Counted from the stretch's first letter, positions 39,939 to 53,623 are shown. The stretch is DNA of 64,000 nt from Octopus vulgaris (GCA_951406725.2 OX597825.1:15748001-15812000); one strand, 5' to 3'. Numbers and translations are program-made. Notes: generated by a model from the letters alone, not told the origin.

Positions 39939-40412
39939 ATATGTGACAATTATTCAATGGACAAGATAAAACTTTGAGTTTCAGATACCGAGGTGGAAAT
40001 CTACAACACCATCTCTTCGGTTATCTGGCCATCTGAAAAACGCTATGAAAAAAGACCGTTATACAAAGGGAAATTACTGTGTTATTATTCCGCTACTTAT
40101 ATTAACTAAGGCTAAAAGTTCATAGTAAACACGTAAGCATGCCTACTCATACTTTTAACCTTAATCTATATAAGTAGCGGAATTATAACACAGTAATTTC
40201 CCTTTGTATAACGGTCTTTTTTCATAGCGTTTTTCAGATGGCCAGATAACCGAAGAGATGGGGTTGTGCATTTCCACTTCGGCATCCGAAACTCAGAGTT
40301 TTATCTTGGCTATTGGATAATTGTCACATATTACATTTACAGATAAATTTCCTCTATTTACATAATATTGAGGTCTCTTTCTTTCTTTTGTTATCTTACG
40401 GTTTTTACCAAT
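39938..40412. mobile_element. Inverted-repeat element (about 180-bp arms) with hammerhead-like cores; Penelope-like terminal repeat
   Basis: Arms 39938-40119 and 40151-40332. Core GCCAGATAA-CCGAAGA-GATG..CATC-CGAA-ACTCAGAGT-T-TTATCTTGGC at 40241-40310. (TA)n on both sides. Confidence 0.75.
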
Positions 40413-40573
40413 ATATATATATATATATATATTATTCCGCCGAGGCCGACTTTGCCTTTCATCCTTTCGAGGTCGATAAATTAAGCACTAGTTGCGTACT
40501 GGGGCCGATCTAATCGACTGGCCCCCTCTCCAAAAATTTCGGGCCTTTGTGCCTAGAGTAGAAAAGGTTATAC

Positions 40574-40606
<33 letters not shown>

Positions 40607-40654
40607 AATCAAAGTAAATTAAGAGAACAGGGGACTCTATATCTATATATCTCA

Positions 40655-40995
40655 TTTACTCATTTACTTGTTTCAGTCATTTGACTGTGGCCATGCTGGA
40701 GCACCGCCTTTAGTCGAGGAAATAGACCCCAGGACTTATTCTTTGTAAGCCTAGTACTTATTCTATCGGTTGTCATGCGATGTTGGTGGGGGGGGGACAA
40801 ACACAGACACACAAACACACACATATATACGATGGGCTTCTTTCAGTTTCCGTCTACCAAATCCACTTACAAGGCTTTGATCGGCCCGATGCTACAGTAG
40901 AAGACACTTGCCCAAGGTGCCCCGTAGTAGGACTGAACCCGGAACCATGTGGTTCATAAGCAAGCTACTTACCACACAGCCACTCCTACGCCTAT
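40655..40995 (-). mobile_element. SINE-B
   Basis: Full reverse-complement copy with an internal deletion. Confidence 0.88.
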
Positions 40996-41361
40996 ATGTA
41001 AAAGAAAAGATTTTAAAAAATTTTCCAGTCATATATTTTTTCGTTACACACATCTTTTTCTTTGCTTCACTGTCAGTAAAAAGCAAAAGAAACAAGCGAA
41101 GAAATCTTTTCTTTCCGCTTCTTTCGAAAAACCAATGTTGTATAATTCACACAAGGTTCTCATAGACATTTTTTTTTTTTTTGCCAAAAGTTCAAATTCG
41201 TGTTACAGACAACATACGGTGTTTGTACCTGACATCAAATAAATCACTTTTGCTATGCATAAGAAACAAGGATGAGGCTAAAATGCCAGTCGTTTATAAT
41301 AAAAAAAAATGAAAAGAAATACGAGTAAAGATGGCTTACCAGTGTTTATGAGTTTTCGCTG

Positions 41362-41690
41362 AGAGCTCAAAATCTCTCGTGGAAGCGTCATCCAACCAAA
41401 GTACAAATTTATGGGAAACTACCACCTGTATCATCTCTTGTGAAAGGTAGAAGAGTCCAGTTTGCTGGAGATTGTCGTAAAGCTGAAAACGAGGCAATTT
41501 CTACTCTTCTCCTCTGGAAGCCATCTACTCGCGATACCAGCGGGCGCACACTCTCCTACCCTGATGTAATCTCCAGGGATACAGGCATCCAGCAACAGGA
41601 CCTCCGTAATGCTATGATGGACAGTGAAGTCTGGCGTAGCATGGTAAATTCCATTGTCTCGACCACGGTCGAACAATGAGGATGATGAAA
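41362..41690 (+). mobile_element. 5'-truncated RTE-group LINE 3' end
   Basis: RAQNLSWKRHPTKVQIYGKLPPVSSLVKGRRVQFAG...LLWKP...MMDSEVWRSMV, stop, then (GAT)n-type tail. Confidence 0.8.
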
Positions 41691-41840
41691 GCTTGATACG
41701 GCAACCAATATTCCAAAAATATTAGCGGCAGTTGGGTGTAATGAACCAAGAATTGTTTCCGAATAAACTGCGAAACCGGATTACTGGTGACCGGATTAGT
41801 GATAGTCAAGAACATGTAAAGAGAAAGAGGATAATTATGC

Positions 41841-42065
41841 ATTTCTTTACTACCCACAAGGGGCTAAACACAGAGGGGACAAACAAGGACAGACAAAGGG
41901 ATTAAGTCGATTACATTGACCCCAATGCGTAACTGGTACTTAATTTATCGACCCCGAAAGGATGAAAGGCAAAGTCGACCTCGGCGGAATTTGAACTCGG
42001 AACGCAACGACAGACGAAATACGGCTACGCATTTCGCCCGGCGTGCTAACGTTTCTGCCAGCTGC
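41841..42065 (-). mobile_element. SINE-A monomer
   Basis: Full reverse-complement copy. Confidence 0.9.
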
Positions 42066-42404
42066 CTCGAAATCTTCAGTTTCTCTACTCAGATTATAAA
42101 TTCACATTCATTCCAGTAATAGTCGGTGCATTTAGCTTTCTGAATAAGGGACTGAATGACAATCTGAATAAGTTGGTGTGGAGTCAGAAAAAGGAAATCA
42201 ATTAGCTAATTCGCACTTTACAAATACAGTTTGTAAGCGGAACAGGGGAAATATGCAAGACTTTTCTTAGGTTCAAAACGTGAATTTGTGTTTTGTGATT
42301 GTTTGTTTGTTTTATTTACGCTCTGACGATGGAACTTTGTGCCTTTGTTAGAAACTAGCTCCTTCCTTACAGTATGATTTCAAATGATTAAAAAGAGAGC
42401 ATAC

Positions 42405-42598
42405 ATACATTTTCTCTCTTTTTTCTCTCCTTTTTTCTCTCCTTGTTTCTCTCCTTTTTCTCTGTGTCCCTTTCTGTAGAAGAGCGTAGGCTCGAAACGT
42501 AAAAGACTTTTTCTATTCCTGAGCGTTATACTAATACATCTGTTTGTTTTGTATACCACCTGTCTTCGCCTTTTGTTTTTTTCGTAAACTCTCCCTAC
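42405..42598 (+). mobile_element. Mini-element with variant hammerhead core (GAGCGTAGGCTC family)
   Basis: CTTT-CTGTAGA-AGAGCGTAGGCTC-GAAAC-GTA-AAAG at 42470-42505. Homologous copies at 54545-55036 and 56262-56465. Confidence 0.7.
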
Positions 42599-42611
42599 AT
42601 GCATACATACA

Positions 42612-42644
<33 letters not shown>

Positions 42645-42915
42645 GCATACACTCAGAAATACATACGTGTGTGTATGTGTATGTGATGTGTGTGTGCGTA
42701 AGTATTTGTGTGTCCGTATGTGTATACGATGTGTGTGTGAGTGTGTATGTTTTTATTTGTGAGTGTGTGCGTGTGTGGGTGTGTGCGTGTGTGGGTGTGT
42801 GTGTGAGTGTGTGTCTGTGTGTCTGTATGTGTGTATGTATGTGTGTAAGTGTGTGTGTGTGTGAGTACGTGTGTGAGTGCGTGTGTGTGTGTGTGTGCGT
42901 GTATGTGTGAGTGTG

Positions 42916-43265
42916 GTGTGAAGGTGCGTAGCTTAATGGTATTCGGCTCACGATCGTGATATCGTGAGTTCGATTCCCAGTGGCACATTATGTGCTTGGC
43001 CAATACACTTTATTTCACGTTGCTACACATATATATATGTGTGTGTATGTGTGTATATGTTTGTGTCTGTGTTTGTCTCCCAACATCGCTTGACAACGGA
43101 TGGTGGTGTATTTACGTCTCCGTAACTTAGCCGTTCGGCAAAAGAGACTGATAGAATAAGTACTAGGCTTACAAAGAATAATCCTGGGGTCTATTTGCTC
43201 GACTAAAGGCGGTGCTCCAGCATGGCCGCAGTCAAATGACTGAAACAAGTAAAAGAGTAAAAGAG
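42916..43265 (+). mobile_element. SINE-D head (42916-43025) joined to SINE-B 3' half (43030-43265)
   Basis: Sequence matches to the respective families. Confidence 0.75.
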
Positions 43266-43401
<136 letters not shown>

Positions 43402-43548
43402 CATATATATATACATATATATACCTATATATATACATATATATACATATACATATATATATACATATATATACATACATATATATACATATACATATAT
43501 ATATACATATATATACATATACATATATATACATATACATATATATAC

Positions 43549-43597
<49 letters not shown>

Positions 43598-43700
43598 TAT
43601 ATACATATACATATATATACATATACATATATATACATATACATATATATACATATACATATATATACATATACATATATATACATATACATATATATAC

Positions 43701-43731
<31 letters not shown>

Positions 43732-44424
43732 CATATATATATACATATACATATATATACATATACATATATATACATATACATATATATACATATACAT
43801 ATATATACATATACATATATATACATATATATATATATATATATTTATGTACCATGTACGCATATACGTATTACGTATGCATACATACAGATATGCTTGA
43901 AAATGTAAAGTTTAGGAAAGGATTAAAGGATCAGAAAATATAAAAATAATTTTCACTCCAACAAACTCGTTTCCTTTACATCATTTTTGTTTGCAATGTT
44001 TAATGCGTTCTCGCGAGCACATACTGCCGTGGGGGGGGGGGTTCCACTGTTCTTCAGTTTTCATTTATTTGTTTTTTCAAACTTATTTCTATTCGAGAAT
44101 CAGTTTTGAAATTATTTTTGCAGTTCAATACGGATTCCACTGCGATTCCAGTTTCTCATATCATTTCAAATGATTCTTGCCTTTATTCTGCAACTGCTAT
44201 GTTTTCTTTCAGTTTCTTAATAATTTTATTATAGACATGTGTTAGCATTTTCAACAAAAATATTGAAATTATAAGGATTTTTTTTCTTCGATATTTAATC
44301 TTTACAACTTATAAATACACGGCAATACATTGTCATTTTGTATAAACACAATGAAAAGAAGATTGCATTCTATGGAAGAAATATTTTTAGTTAAAAAACA
44401 AATTATAATTGAAAACAACTAACA

Positions 44425-44588
44425 TAGCTGCGGGCGTCGCTGGGTGGTAAGTAGCTTGCTTACCAACCACATGGTTCCGGGTTCAATCCCACTGCGTGGC
44501 ACTTTGGTCAAGTGTCTTCTACTATAGCCTCGGGCCGACCAAAGCCTTGTGAGTGGATTTGGTAGACGGAAACTGAAAGAAGCCCATC

Positions 44589-44683
<95 letters not shown>

Positions 44684-44980
44684 TGTGTCTGTGTTTGTCC
44701 CCCTAACATCACTTGACAACCGGTAGTAGTGTGTTTATGTCCCCGTAACTTAGCGGTTCGGCAAAAGTGACCAATAGAATAAGTACTAGGCTTACAAAGA
44801 ATAAGTCCTGGGGTTGATTTGCTCGACTAAAAGGTGGTGCTCCAGTATGGCCGCAGTCAAATGACTGAAACAAGTAAAAGAGTAGCTGCAGGCGTCGCTG
44901 GGCGGTAAGCAGCTTGTTTTCCAGCCACATGGTTCCGGGTTCAGTCTCACTTCATGGCACCTTGGGCAAGTATCTTCTTG
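44425..44980 (+). mobile_element. SINE-B full copy followed by a repeated head
   Basis: Both heads begin with the local variant AGCTGC(G/A)GGCGTCGCTGGG. Confidence 0.85.
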
Positions 44981-45261
44981 TAATTTGCCTAATGGAAGGT
45001 GATGGAGGCTGGCTTAGCCTTCTTTGGGCTAAAGACTTACCGCCGTCGACTAACAACGATTGTAGAGAATATGAGAAGAAAATATGTCTAATACTACAAG
45101 CTACAAGAGTATGTGTGACACAAGGAGGTTTACATTAGGATTGGACGATTTAAACCATTAGAAAAAGCATTCTATTAAAATAAAAATAAAAAGATACCAT
45201 TTATAATAAAGTAGAGTCTATTTTTTGGTGAGAAAATAAACGTTTTTTTATTATGAGAAAG

Positions 45262-45563
45262 TAGGTGGGCCTAGTGGTTATAGCAGCGGACTCGCGGTCG
45301 AGGGATCGTGAGTTCGAATCTCAGAACGGGCGATGTGTGTTTATGAGCGAAACACTTAAGCTCCACGCGGTTCCGGCAGAAGGTCATGGCGAACATCTGT
45401 TGACCCTTTCGCCACAACTTTCTCTCACTCTTTCCTCTTGCATCTAGCAACGCACCTGTAAAGGACCGGCGTTCCGTCCAGGTGGGGAAGCTATACAACA
45501 ATGAAACAGGGAAACCGGCCCTTATGAGCCAGGCATGGCTCCTAAAGGAACAAACAACACCAA
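45262..45563 (+). mobile_element. SINE-C, tail variant 2
   Basis: tRNA head, body and AAACAAC tail. Confidence 0.85.
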
Positions 45564-46328
45564 CAGGTGGAGATTAATCATCCCCAGCTGATTTGCAGGT
45601 TATAAGAATTGCACTACGGGTCGTAATGTTACGGTATGTGGTAAAATACTCCGTATAGCTACCGAAAACTACGGCTTTCTCGGCAGATTTCCAAGCTGTT
45701 AGAATAATCATTTAATACAGGCTACACATATCGAACAAGTGAAATCCTAGTTTCTAATGCCAGACATTTCGTAATTATTCTAGGAATGAACTGTTTCAAA
45801 TAATGGACAAAATTAATTATTCTATTATAAAAGGTTGACCAGATCCGCCTTTAGCACTTTTTTTTCCTATTGACTAGTGTTTACATGCAATCTTGTGATA
45901 ATAGAGGAAGTTGTTAGCAAAGATTCCCAAGCTTTGCTGAGTTTTGCAGTATGAATGTAATTATTTCTATCCTGTATTCACTCGCCGTTTTATATTGGAA
46001 AAAGCCTTCAGCGTAAACTTTATTCGGTGAAATGTTGGATTAATTGTGATTGTTAAAATGCGTAAGCCAAACAATTCAGAATGGATCGTTTGCTTTAGAA
46101 TTGAACGGTTCAATACCAGCTGCAGCTTCTCAATTCCCTTTCACTAATAGTAACATGGGCTTTAAGTCCTTTAATCGTTCTCTTACAGTTGAAACTCAAG
46201 AGAATTTGAACGCTTTGGGAATTATAAAACTATCAACGAAAAGATACGAAATTATCTCTGGACATACGACTTACCTTTTATTTCTTTTCTTGTTCCAGCC
46301 GTTGGACTGTAACCATGCTGGGGTATTG

Positions 46329-46759
46329 GGATCTTTTCGGTTTGAACGGCAGTTTTTTTTTAATAATTTCCACGTAACTAAACACTTTTAAACTTCGTAT
46401 ACTGGTAGATTGTGTTTATAAAACATCTTTTTCTCTTGGCTTTATTGAGAAAAGGCTATAGTTTTTAAGATATTTGTTGTTGTTTTTTTCTTCAACTTCT
46501 GCAATTTTAACCAATTAATGACATCTATTGAGATGAAAACATTCTGTGCTGTATGAATATGTCCCTCGTTTAAGAAACAGATTGGGTTTATTTACATTTC
46601 TGAAGAAAAAAAGATACCCTTTCCCCCACCCCTAACCCTAACCCTAACCCTAACCCTGAAACAGATTGATATGCAATAGATCGATACTAGGGTCATAATT
46701 ATGGGTGACAATTTCATATGACACCGCTAGAAAAACTGCCGTTCAAACCGAAAAGATCC
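46329..46759 (-). mobile_element. MITE (Merlin-like), third copy, nested in a minus-strand SINE-B (about 46280-47145)
   Basis: Perfect 8-bp TSD GGGTATTG (46321-8, 46760-7). Perfect TIRs. (CCCTAA)4. Confidence 0.92.
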
Positions 46760-47591
46760 GGGTATTGATTTGAAGGGTTTAGTCGAACAATTCAACCCTG
46801 TACTTTGTTTTTTCGCGTCCTCTATTGGAGACTTTTGCCGAACCGCCAAGTTACGGTGACGTAAACAAACCAACGGCGGTGGAAGTCAAACACACACACA
46901 CACACACACACATACATACATACATACATACATACATACATACATACATACACACACATACACATACACGCACGCATATATACATGTTAGGTTTCCCCAC
47001 AGTTTCCGTCTACCAGATTCACTCACAAGGCATTGGTCGAGCGGGGGCTACAGTAGAAGGACACTTGCCCAAGGAACCGCGCAATGGGATGGGAACCCAA
47101 AACCACGTGGCTACAAAAAGTATCTTCTTAACCACACAACCATGTGATACAAAAATCGAAAAAACTCACCGACTTAGTTTCATAAAACAGATCCGCCATA
47201 GAACAATTCCCAACGGGAAGTTTCTGGCAATTTTCAATTTCCTCTTTTTATCTGTTTTATTTGTTCTTTATTTTTTTTTGATTACTTATTTTCCATTTAC
47301 CAGTTTCATCGCAGCCAGCCTGTATTTTCTTACTTTTCATATAATCTCACGTGGTTTTATCGAGTAAACGTCAACATGGAACGTGTTCAGAGAAACAATG
47401 AGATGTTTTTTTGTTGTTGTTGTTGTTGTTGTTGTTTTTCTCATTAACTCAGTGCACGGTTTTCTCTTTTTTTTCTCTTTTATGCTTTTTTATTTCCTTA
47501 ATTTGAGCGACAATGATGTATTAGCCTACATGCATATATCATACATATATATATATTTTATATGTTTTATATATATTTTATATATATATAT

Positions 47592-47963
<372 letters not shown>

Positions 47964-48520
47964 CGCATATATATATGTGTACTTCCGGTTTCGTTGCGGA
48001 AACGCGGGCTTTTCGTGCTCCTGAAACAACCAAGAGAGATTCCCTAATTCGTCAAAAAATCTACTAAAACTGACGAAAAACAAACGTAGTACTTATTATC
48101 TCATAACGGCCTACTATAATATATTAGTAAAAAAAAATTTAATAAATTGCACTAGAAGTTCAATATATTACATTAAAATCAGTGACGCAGGCCAGAGTTG
48201 TCCTCGGAGAAAGCACGTGTTGATAAATCGTACTTTCATTAGTGGCCGTGTGTAAAGAGTAATTGATTTTTCTTTGAAACAAAACCGCTTCCTACAAGAA
48301 CAAGGATTGGAAATTTACCTCTTGGGAATAAGTATCCAATTCATTTTGTTGTTTATTTTGTTTTATCTTGGGTAATACTGGATAAAAATTTGAGTTAAGA
48401 CGTATTGTTTGTTTACATTCTATTCGAAAACTTACGGTAGCAAATACGAAACCTCTTCTTCTTTTCATTATCATTTTTCATTTAACATTTTCTTACAACG
48501 ACCTCGTCGTTTATATTCTA

Positions 48521-48914
48521 CTAGCAGTATCGCCCGGCGTTGCTCGGGTTTGTAAGGGAAATAACTATATAAGCATTTTTAGAGAGTTATAGCCAAAAAA
48601 TAGCAAAAAAATGCATTAAAATGGGAAAAAAATTATGGTAAATTTTTTTTAAATCGTTGACTCATCGTAGACATTTTTAGAGAGTTACTTCCCTTATATA
48701 ATAGCGAAAAAATGCATTAAAATGGAAAAAAATTATGGTAATTTTTTTTTAAATCATAGACTCATCGTAGACGCGCGCTAATACCCAGAAGGGCTCGATA
48801 TGAATCACGACTATAAGATACCTGGTTTTGGTTAAACTGCACCGCAAAATGTGGGAGTAGTTAGGAATCTAAATCGTAGGAGACAGACACAAACCTCTCC
48901 TTTATATATAAAGA
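48521..48914 (-). mobile_element. Non-autonomous Helitron
   Basis: On the minus strand 5'-TC...CTAG-3', inserted between A and T with no TSD. Subterminal hairpin CCCGAGCAACGCCGGG. Internal ~100-bp tandem duplication. Confidence 0.85.
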
Positions 48915-48999
48915 TTTGAAAAATTTACGGTAGCAAATTCGTAACGAAACCTCTTTCTTTTCACTATCGGTTTTCCACTTTATCTTTCTTCTTACAGCG

Positions 49000-49386
49000 G
49001 CCCCCTCACTCTATACCTTTCGTTTTTCTCTTTCCTTCATATCTTCGTCACCTGATCTTCCTCTCTCTCTTTCACACCTTCCCCGTCCTCTCTCCTCTCT
49101 CCTTCCCTTTCATATCTTCCTTCTTTTCCCACGTTTCTCTCCCTCCCTTTGTCTCTCTTTACACTTACCTCTCTCCCTCTCTCTTTCATACCTTCCTCGT
49201 TTTCTCACCCTTCTCCTTCATTCTGTTTCTCCCTTCCTTTCATATCTTCCTCCTTGTCCCGCTTCACTCTCCCTCCATTTGCCTCTCTCTCTCTACATCT
49301 ACCTCTCTCTCTCTTTTTCATACCTTCTTTTTCTCTCCTTTCCCTCACTCAAATCTTCCTCCTTTTCCCACTTCTCTCTCCTTTCT

Positions 49387-49421
<35 letters not shown>

Positions 49422-49750
49422 ACATCTACCTTCCCCTCTCATCTCCCTCTCTCCCTCATATATTTCTCATTTTCCCTCCTCTTCTTCTCACTCCGCCTCT
49501 TCCTTTCCCTCACATCCTTCATTCTCTCCTTCACTGTCTCTCTTTCTCTTCCTCTCTTTACCCTCTTCTGTCTCGCTATCGCTCCATGCCCCTTTTCTCT
49601 TTCTTCATATCACCCTCTATCTTTCCTTCATATCTGCCTCTCTCTATCCTTGATATCTCCCTCTTTCTTCCACTCTCCCTCCCTCTATCTTTCTTCCACT
49701 CTACCTCCCCTGTCTGTCTCACTTCCTCTCTATCCTCCCCTCCCCCTCTG
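49000..49750. repeat. About 750-bp degenerate polypyrimidine (CT) tract
   Basis: Direct reading. Confidence 0.9.
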
Positions 49751-49766
49751 AACTTAGTAAACGAAG

Positions 49767-50590
49767 ATGGCACCAAAATGGGAGAGCAAAGAATTGAATC
49801 TTCTGTTGCAAGCATGGCAGATTGCTAGCGGCGATCCGCCAAACAACATCATCACTGCTGCACTGAAGAACAATGGCTTCTGTAGAACCATTGAGCAAAT
49901 AGAGCGGAAGAAAAATGAATTCATCTGGTTCTATACCCTTATTAGACCGCACATTGACACCCTTGGTGTCATCATGGAAAACCACTGTGACAAGGCTCAT
50001 AAGGATAGGGATAATAAAGCAAAAACCCAGAAGTCTCTTTGATCCAATGGTCCCTCTAAAGAATGGATCCCCGCCCCTGCGAACAACCAGGTTGATAAGG
50101 ATAGGGAAGCTGAAGAAGCAACAACTAGAAGTCCCTTTCTACCAGTGGTCCCACAAAGGAATGGAATCCTTACCCCATTGGACAACCAGAGGAATGCAAA
50201 TGCTACCACCAGAAAAGGAAGGAAAGAACATGAGCAAAAACATGAAGAAGGAAGGGAAGAAAAAGGAAAAGAGGAAATGACTAAAACTGAAACCCCGAGC
50301 CACAAAACGAAAAACAGAAAACTCAAATATGGATGCTCCAATGGAATCCAAAACCCTAGAGGAGAGAAATCTGAAGTGAATTCAAAACCACGTAAATTTT
50401 AGCTGCAAGGCAAATGTTGGCATGGGGAAGATGGTACAAACTGCTGATTTGTTCACCTGAGGCCCCGCCAAAACTACAGGAACCTTAAAGAGAAATACTT
50501 CCCTGAGGAAAGGCACGAATCGTCTCCAAGGAAAAGAATATGCAAATGCAATGCGCTCTTTAGATGATGTTATATGCAAGGGCAGCAGTT
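49767..50590 (+). pseudogene. Decayed LINE ORF1: Myb/SANT(trihelix)-like N-terminus plus CCCH finger
   Basis: KWESKELNLLLQAW...IITAALKNNGFCRTIEQIERK. Read-through at 50391-50480 gives RKF*LQGKCWHGEDGTNC*FVHLRPRQN, aligning with [28 protein letters not shown] of the 33-kb LINE. Confidence 0.7.
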
Positions 50591-50644
50591 TATATATTTA
50601 TAGATATATACATTTTTATAAATATATAAATATATATTATATAT

Positions 50645-50710
<66 letters not shown>

Positions 50711-50796
50711 ATGTATGTATATATGTTATATATATATATATAAATTAGAACGGGTCGACACTGCACAAACACACACACACACACATATATATATAT

Positions 50797-51097
50797 ACGG
50801 AAACGTCGCCCTTTTCAAGCCTATCCAGGCTCATGGGCTCGGTTTCCCGATTTCTGTGGCGTATGTGTTCCCCCCAGCTGGACGGGACGCCAGTCCATCG
50901 CAGCGTTACTCAAGAAACAGGAAAAGAGAGTGAGAGAAAGTTGTGGCGAAAGAGTACAACAGGGGTCGCCACCACCACCCCCTGCCGGAGCCTCGTGGAG
51001 CTTTTAGGTGTTTTCACTCAATAAACACATACAACGCCCGGTCTGGGAATCGAAACCGCGAGTCTACTGCCCTAACCACTGGGCCAGTGCACCTCCA
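50797..51097 (-). mobile_element. SINE-C, tail variant 3
   Basis: Head and box shared. Distinct 3' end ...GAGCCTGGATAGGCTTGAAAAGGGCGACG. Confidence 0.85.
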
Positions 51098-51122
51098 CAC
51101 ACACACACACATACATACATAC

Positions 51123-51161
<39 letters not shown>

Positions 51162-51396
51162 CTTTATTTAAAGCAGCAGAAAATTCAACAAAATCAGTTA
51201 CTCTGAGTTTCTCGTTGCCATTCATCAGACAGTTTTTGCTAGATTCTAGCAAAAACTGTCCGATGAACGGCAACGAGAAACTCAGAGTAACAGATTTTGT
51301 TGAATTTTCTGCTGCTTTAAATAAAGCATATTACTCTACCACTGGTATTTGAGTACTCTTTTTTCCACCTTGTTTCACATTTATGTGTTTACTCCG

Positions 51397-51400
<4 letters not shown>
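51162..51400. mobile_element. Near-perfect palindrome (81-bp arms, 3-nt spacer) carrying a hammerhead core in each arm; Penelope-like
   Basis: Arms 51162-51242 and 51246-51326. Core CTGT-C(C/T)GATGA-ACGGCAACGA-GAA-ACTCAGAGT-A-ACAG. Flanked by (TA)n. Confidence 0.8.
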
Positions 51401-51435
<35 letters not shown>

Positions 51436-52264
51436 CTGTTTCTAGTCATATGTATGTATGTATGCAAACACTCACATACACACTCGCAGACACGGCCATA
51501 CACTATGGGCTACTACGCAGTTTCCAACAAACAACCAATTTCGGCTGAATGGATTGAATACAGTAAAAGACACTTGTTCAAGCTTCTGTGCAGTTGGATC
51601 GAACATGACAAATCAAATCTTCTCTTAACCACAAGGCTAACACTGATTAAATATGCTGTAGGAAACTTCATCAAAGTTACTTGTGGGGAGGAGCGCGTAT
51701 CTTATGAACACACAGAACAAAAGAACGTAATGCAGAATAAAACAATGCAAATAAACTTAAGATCTACCCAGTGGGAATTTGCGGAGATAATTTACTAGAA
51801 TTAAGTTTCACTAGCATTGGTCGGGTGGAGGCAGCTTCAGTCTTTTCAACGATCATAAATTGGCTTGTAAGAAATAATTGAGTGCTTGATTGAAAACCTG
51901 TTTTGATTTCCTTCGGCTGATCGCTTTTCTGACCGACATCATGGGGTTAAAAATGTATTTTAGCTCAAATATCTAATTGGCAGATTTCACATACTTTACT
52001 GCCATGATATCTCGGCTATCTATCAGCTGTCAACGGCATCGTTCGTCTGCATAATTGAAAATAAACTAATCAACGTGTCCGATGTCGTATGAATTAATTC
52101 AGGCCAACCAAATGAAAACAATATTATTCCGAGACGCCATTAGTTTAATAGATATCAGATATGTAGGTGAAGACATATTTAATGCTTAAACATTAAAAAT
52201 CTCAAATAAGATTAGACATACGGTTAACGGAAAATTATATTAACTGGTGCATAGTACAATTTCC

Positions 52265-52712
52265 CCTCACCTTAGCAAGTGTACAACCACAAGGTCCAGT
52301 CTTTGTTGTGGTGTGATGGCTTGAATGCCTCATGACCCTGATAACTATGCCAGAGGAGGGCAATCTTCTGGAAGGATCTCCTGTGTTGGACAGGGCAAGA
52401 GATAGAAGCCAGACTAAAATATGGATCACATCTTACCAGAGATGAAAATAGGTTCGAGTAGGGCCAACATTACTACATAGAAAAAATGCAAATTTAAAGA
52501 AGCGCCGATGAGAATTGAAAAACCAACGAGATCTGGAAGAGAAAAGCCTACCCTCTGGAGAAAATATGAGAGGGAGAGCTGTAAAGCAGGGATTCAGATG
52601 GAGAAAAACGGAAAAGACAGCCCTAAATTGATAACAGTAGAGAAAAGTTGTCGAAGATCTATGCTCCACAGAGAACGAAGGACTTACGTAAGTATGTAAG
52701 TTAGCAAGTAAG
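52265..52712 (+). mobile_element. Internally deleted (bipartite) RTE element
   Basis: RTE-type 5' UTR text (TTGTTGTGGTGTGATGGCTTGAATGCCTCATGACCCTGATAACTATGCC...GCCAGACTAA) joined to an RTE C-terminus (DLCSTENEG) and (TAAG)-type tail. Confidence 0.6.
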
Positions 52713-53211
52713 GGACACAACATCAGGCTCATCCCGTTCTATTAAAACTCTTCAGCTGAAGTAGATTCACTGTAACTGGCGTATTAGTGTATTAGGAACG
52801 AATCATTAGGTATATATATATATATTCAGATATATTTGTTTGTTGCGCTAATAAAGAGAATGAATGAAAACAAAAATTTTTCTGAAATTTCATTAATATG
52901 ATGTCTAATAGCTAATTAGGCGAAAGCTTAGTTAATGCTGAGAATATTAAAAGCAAAAAAGTAAGATTGGATACATATTAAAAATACAGGAATAATTTAA
53001 TTTCACCAATATACAGAATGTATTGCCCCTAAGGAGGTAAGATATATAACAATTTAATTCTGCCTCCCATTCCTCCTCTTCTTCTTCTTTCTCGGTATAA
53101 CAATAAAATAAACATATAGAATGTAACCTATATAAGGGGTGGGGAGTAAAAATCAACAGAAATATAGGAGCTGCTTCGAGACACGTTTTTTCAAAAATAA
53201 CTGCAACATTT

Positions 53212-53376
53212 CCATCATCATCATCATCATTATCATTATCATCAATACCGTCATCATCATCACCACCACCATCATCATCATCATTTTCGCAATCAACATT
53301 ATCATCCCCATCGTCGTCGTTATCATCATTAGCTTTCTCATCATCATCTTCATCATCATTGTCGTCATCAGCATTG

Positions 53377-53408
<32 letters not shown>

Positions 53409-53460
53409 TTCCTTATCACCACCATCATCAGCATCATAATCATCAACATCATCATCATCC

Positions 53461-53492
<32 letters not shown>

Positions 53493-53589
53493 GTCATCAT
53501 CATCATCTTCATCATCATTGTTGTCATCATCATCATTGTCGTCATCATCATCATCATCATCTTCAGCATCATCATCATCATCATTGTCG

Positions 53590-53623
<34 letters not shown>

